64,000 bases of DNA from Octopus sinensis. Its lineage: Eukaryota. The notes beneath the pieces were generated by a model. It made no database searches and was not told where the DNA came from. It saw only the letters and a program-made list of their open reading frames with translations. How positions within the stretch are numbered: position 1 is the first letter of the stretch; each line of letters starts with the position of its first letter. This document shows, piece after piece, positions 63,751 to 64,000 of the stretch. The stretch lies in the NCBI RefSeq assembly GCF_006345805.1, contig NC_043004.1, forward strand, positions 28,892,001 to 28,956,000, in the 5' to 3' direction. The translations under genes were made by a program, and so were the position numbers.

Positions 63751-64000
63751 TTAACTAAACACTTTTAAACTTCGTATACTGGTAGAATGTGTCAAAATAA
63801 AACATTTTTTTCTCTAGGCTTTCTTGAGAAAATTGTAATTTGTAAGTTTAACGTAGTTTAATTTTTCGCATTTTAACCAATCCTATGGTCTCTATTGAGC
63901 TAAAATCATTTGCTGCGTCTAAAACTGAGACAATATCCTGTCACTAACCCTCACTCTGACCCTAACCCTCATCGTAACCCTAAATTTTAGCCTTTCGTTT

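Overview
AT-rich, microsatellite-dense eukaryotic DNA with one 100-N gap (9385-9484). The SINE families resemble those of Octopus; this is recognition only, not a search result. No host protein-coding exon could be supported, and almost all interpretable sequence is transposon-derived. Main elements: (1) A complete 4,530-bp Ty3/gypsy (Mag-like) LTR retrotransposon at 19130-23659, with identical 238-bp LTRs, a 5-bp TSD, a tRNA-Leu PBS and a PPT, inserted into a SINE. (2) A near full-length Penelope-like element (PLE) on the minus strand at 26456-30099, with RT, GIY-YIG and a hammerhead-ribozyme motif in its 3' repeat. (3) CR1, RTE and Tx1 LINE relics, Tc1/mariner relics, a Helitron cluster and many tRNA-derived SINEs. 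Most notable observations: at least three families of minimal hammerhead-like motifs, one a U3-A8 covariant and one fused to a tRNA/Pol III head (a SINE-like retrozyme candidate); a fixed-spacing E-box/CCAAT/TGTCGTCTGCT promoter-like module repeated four times, three copies with a downstream splice donor (36.1-43.4 kb); and two candidate SINE-LINE partner pairs visible inside the window.
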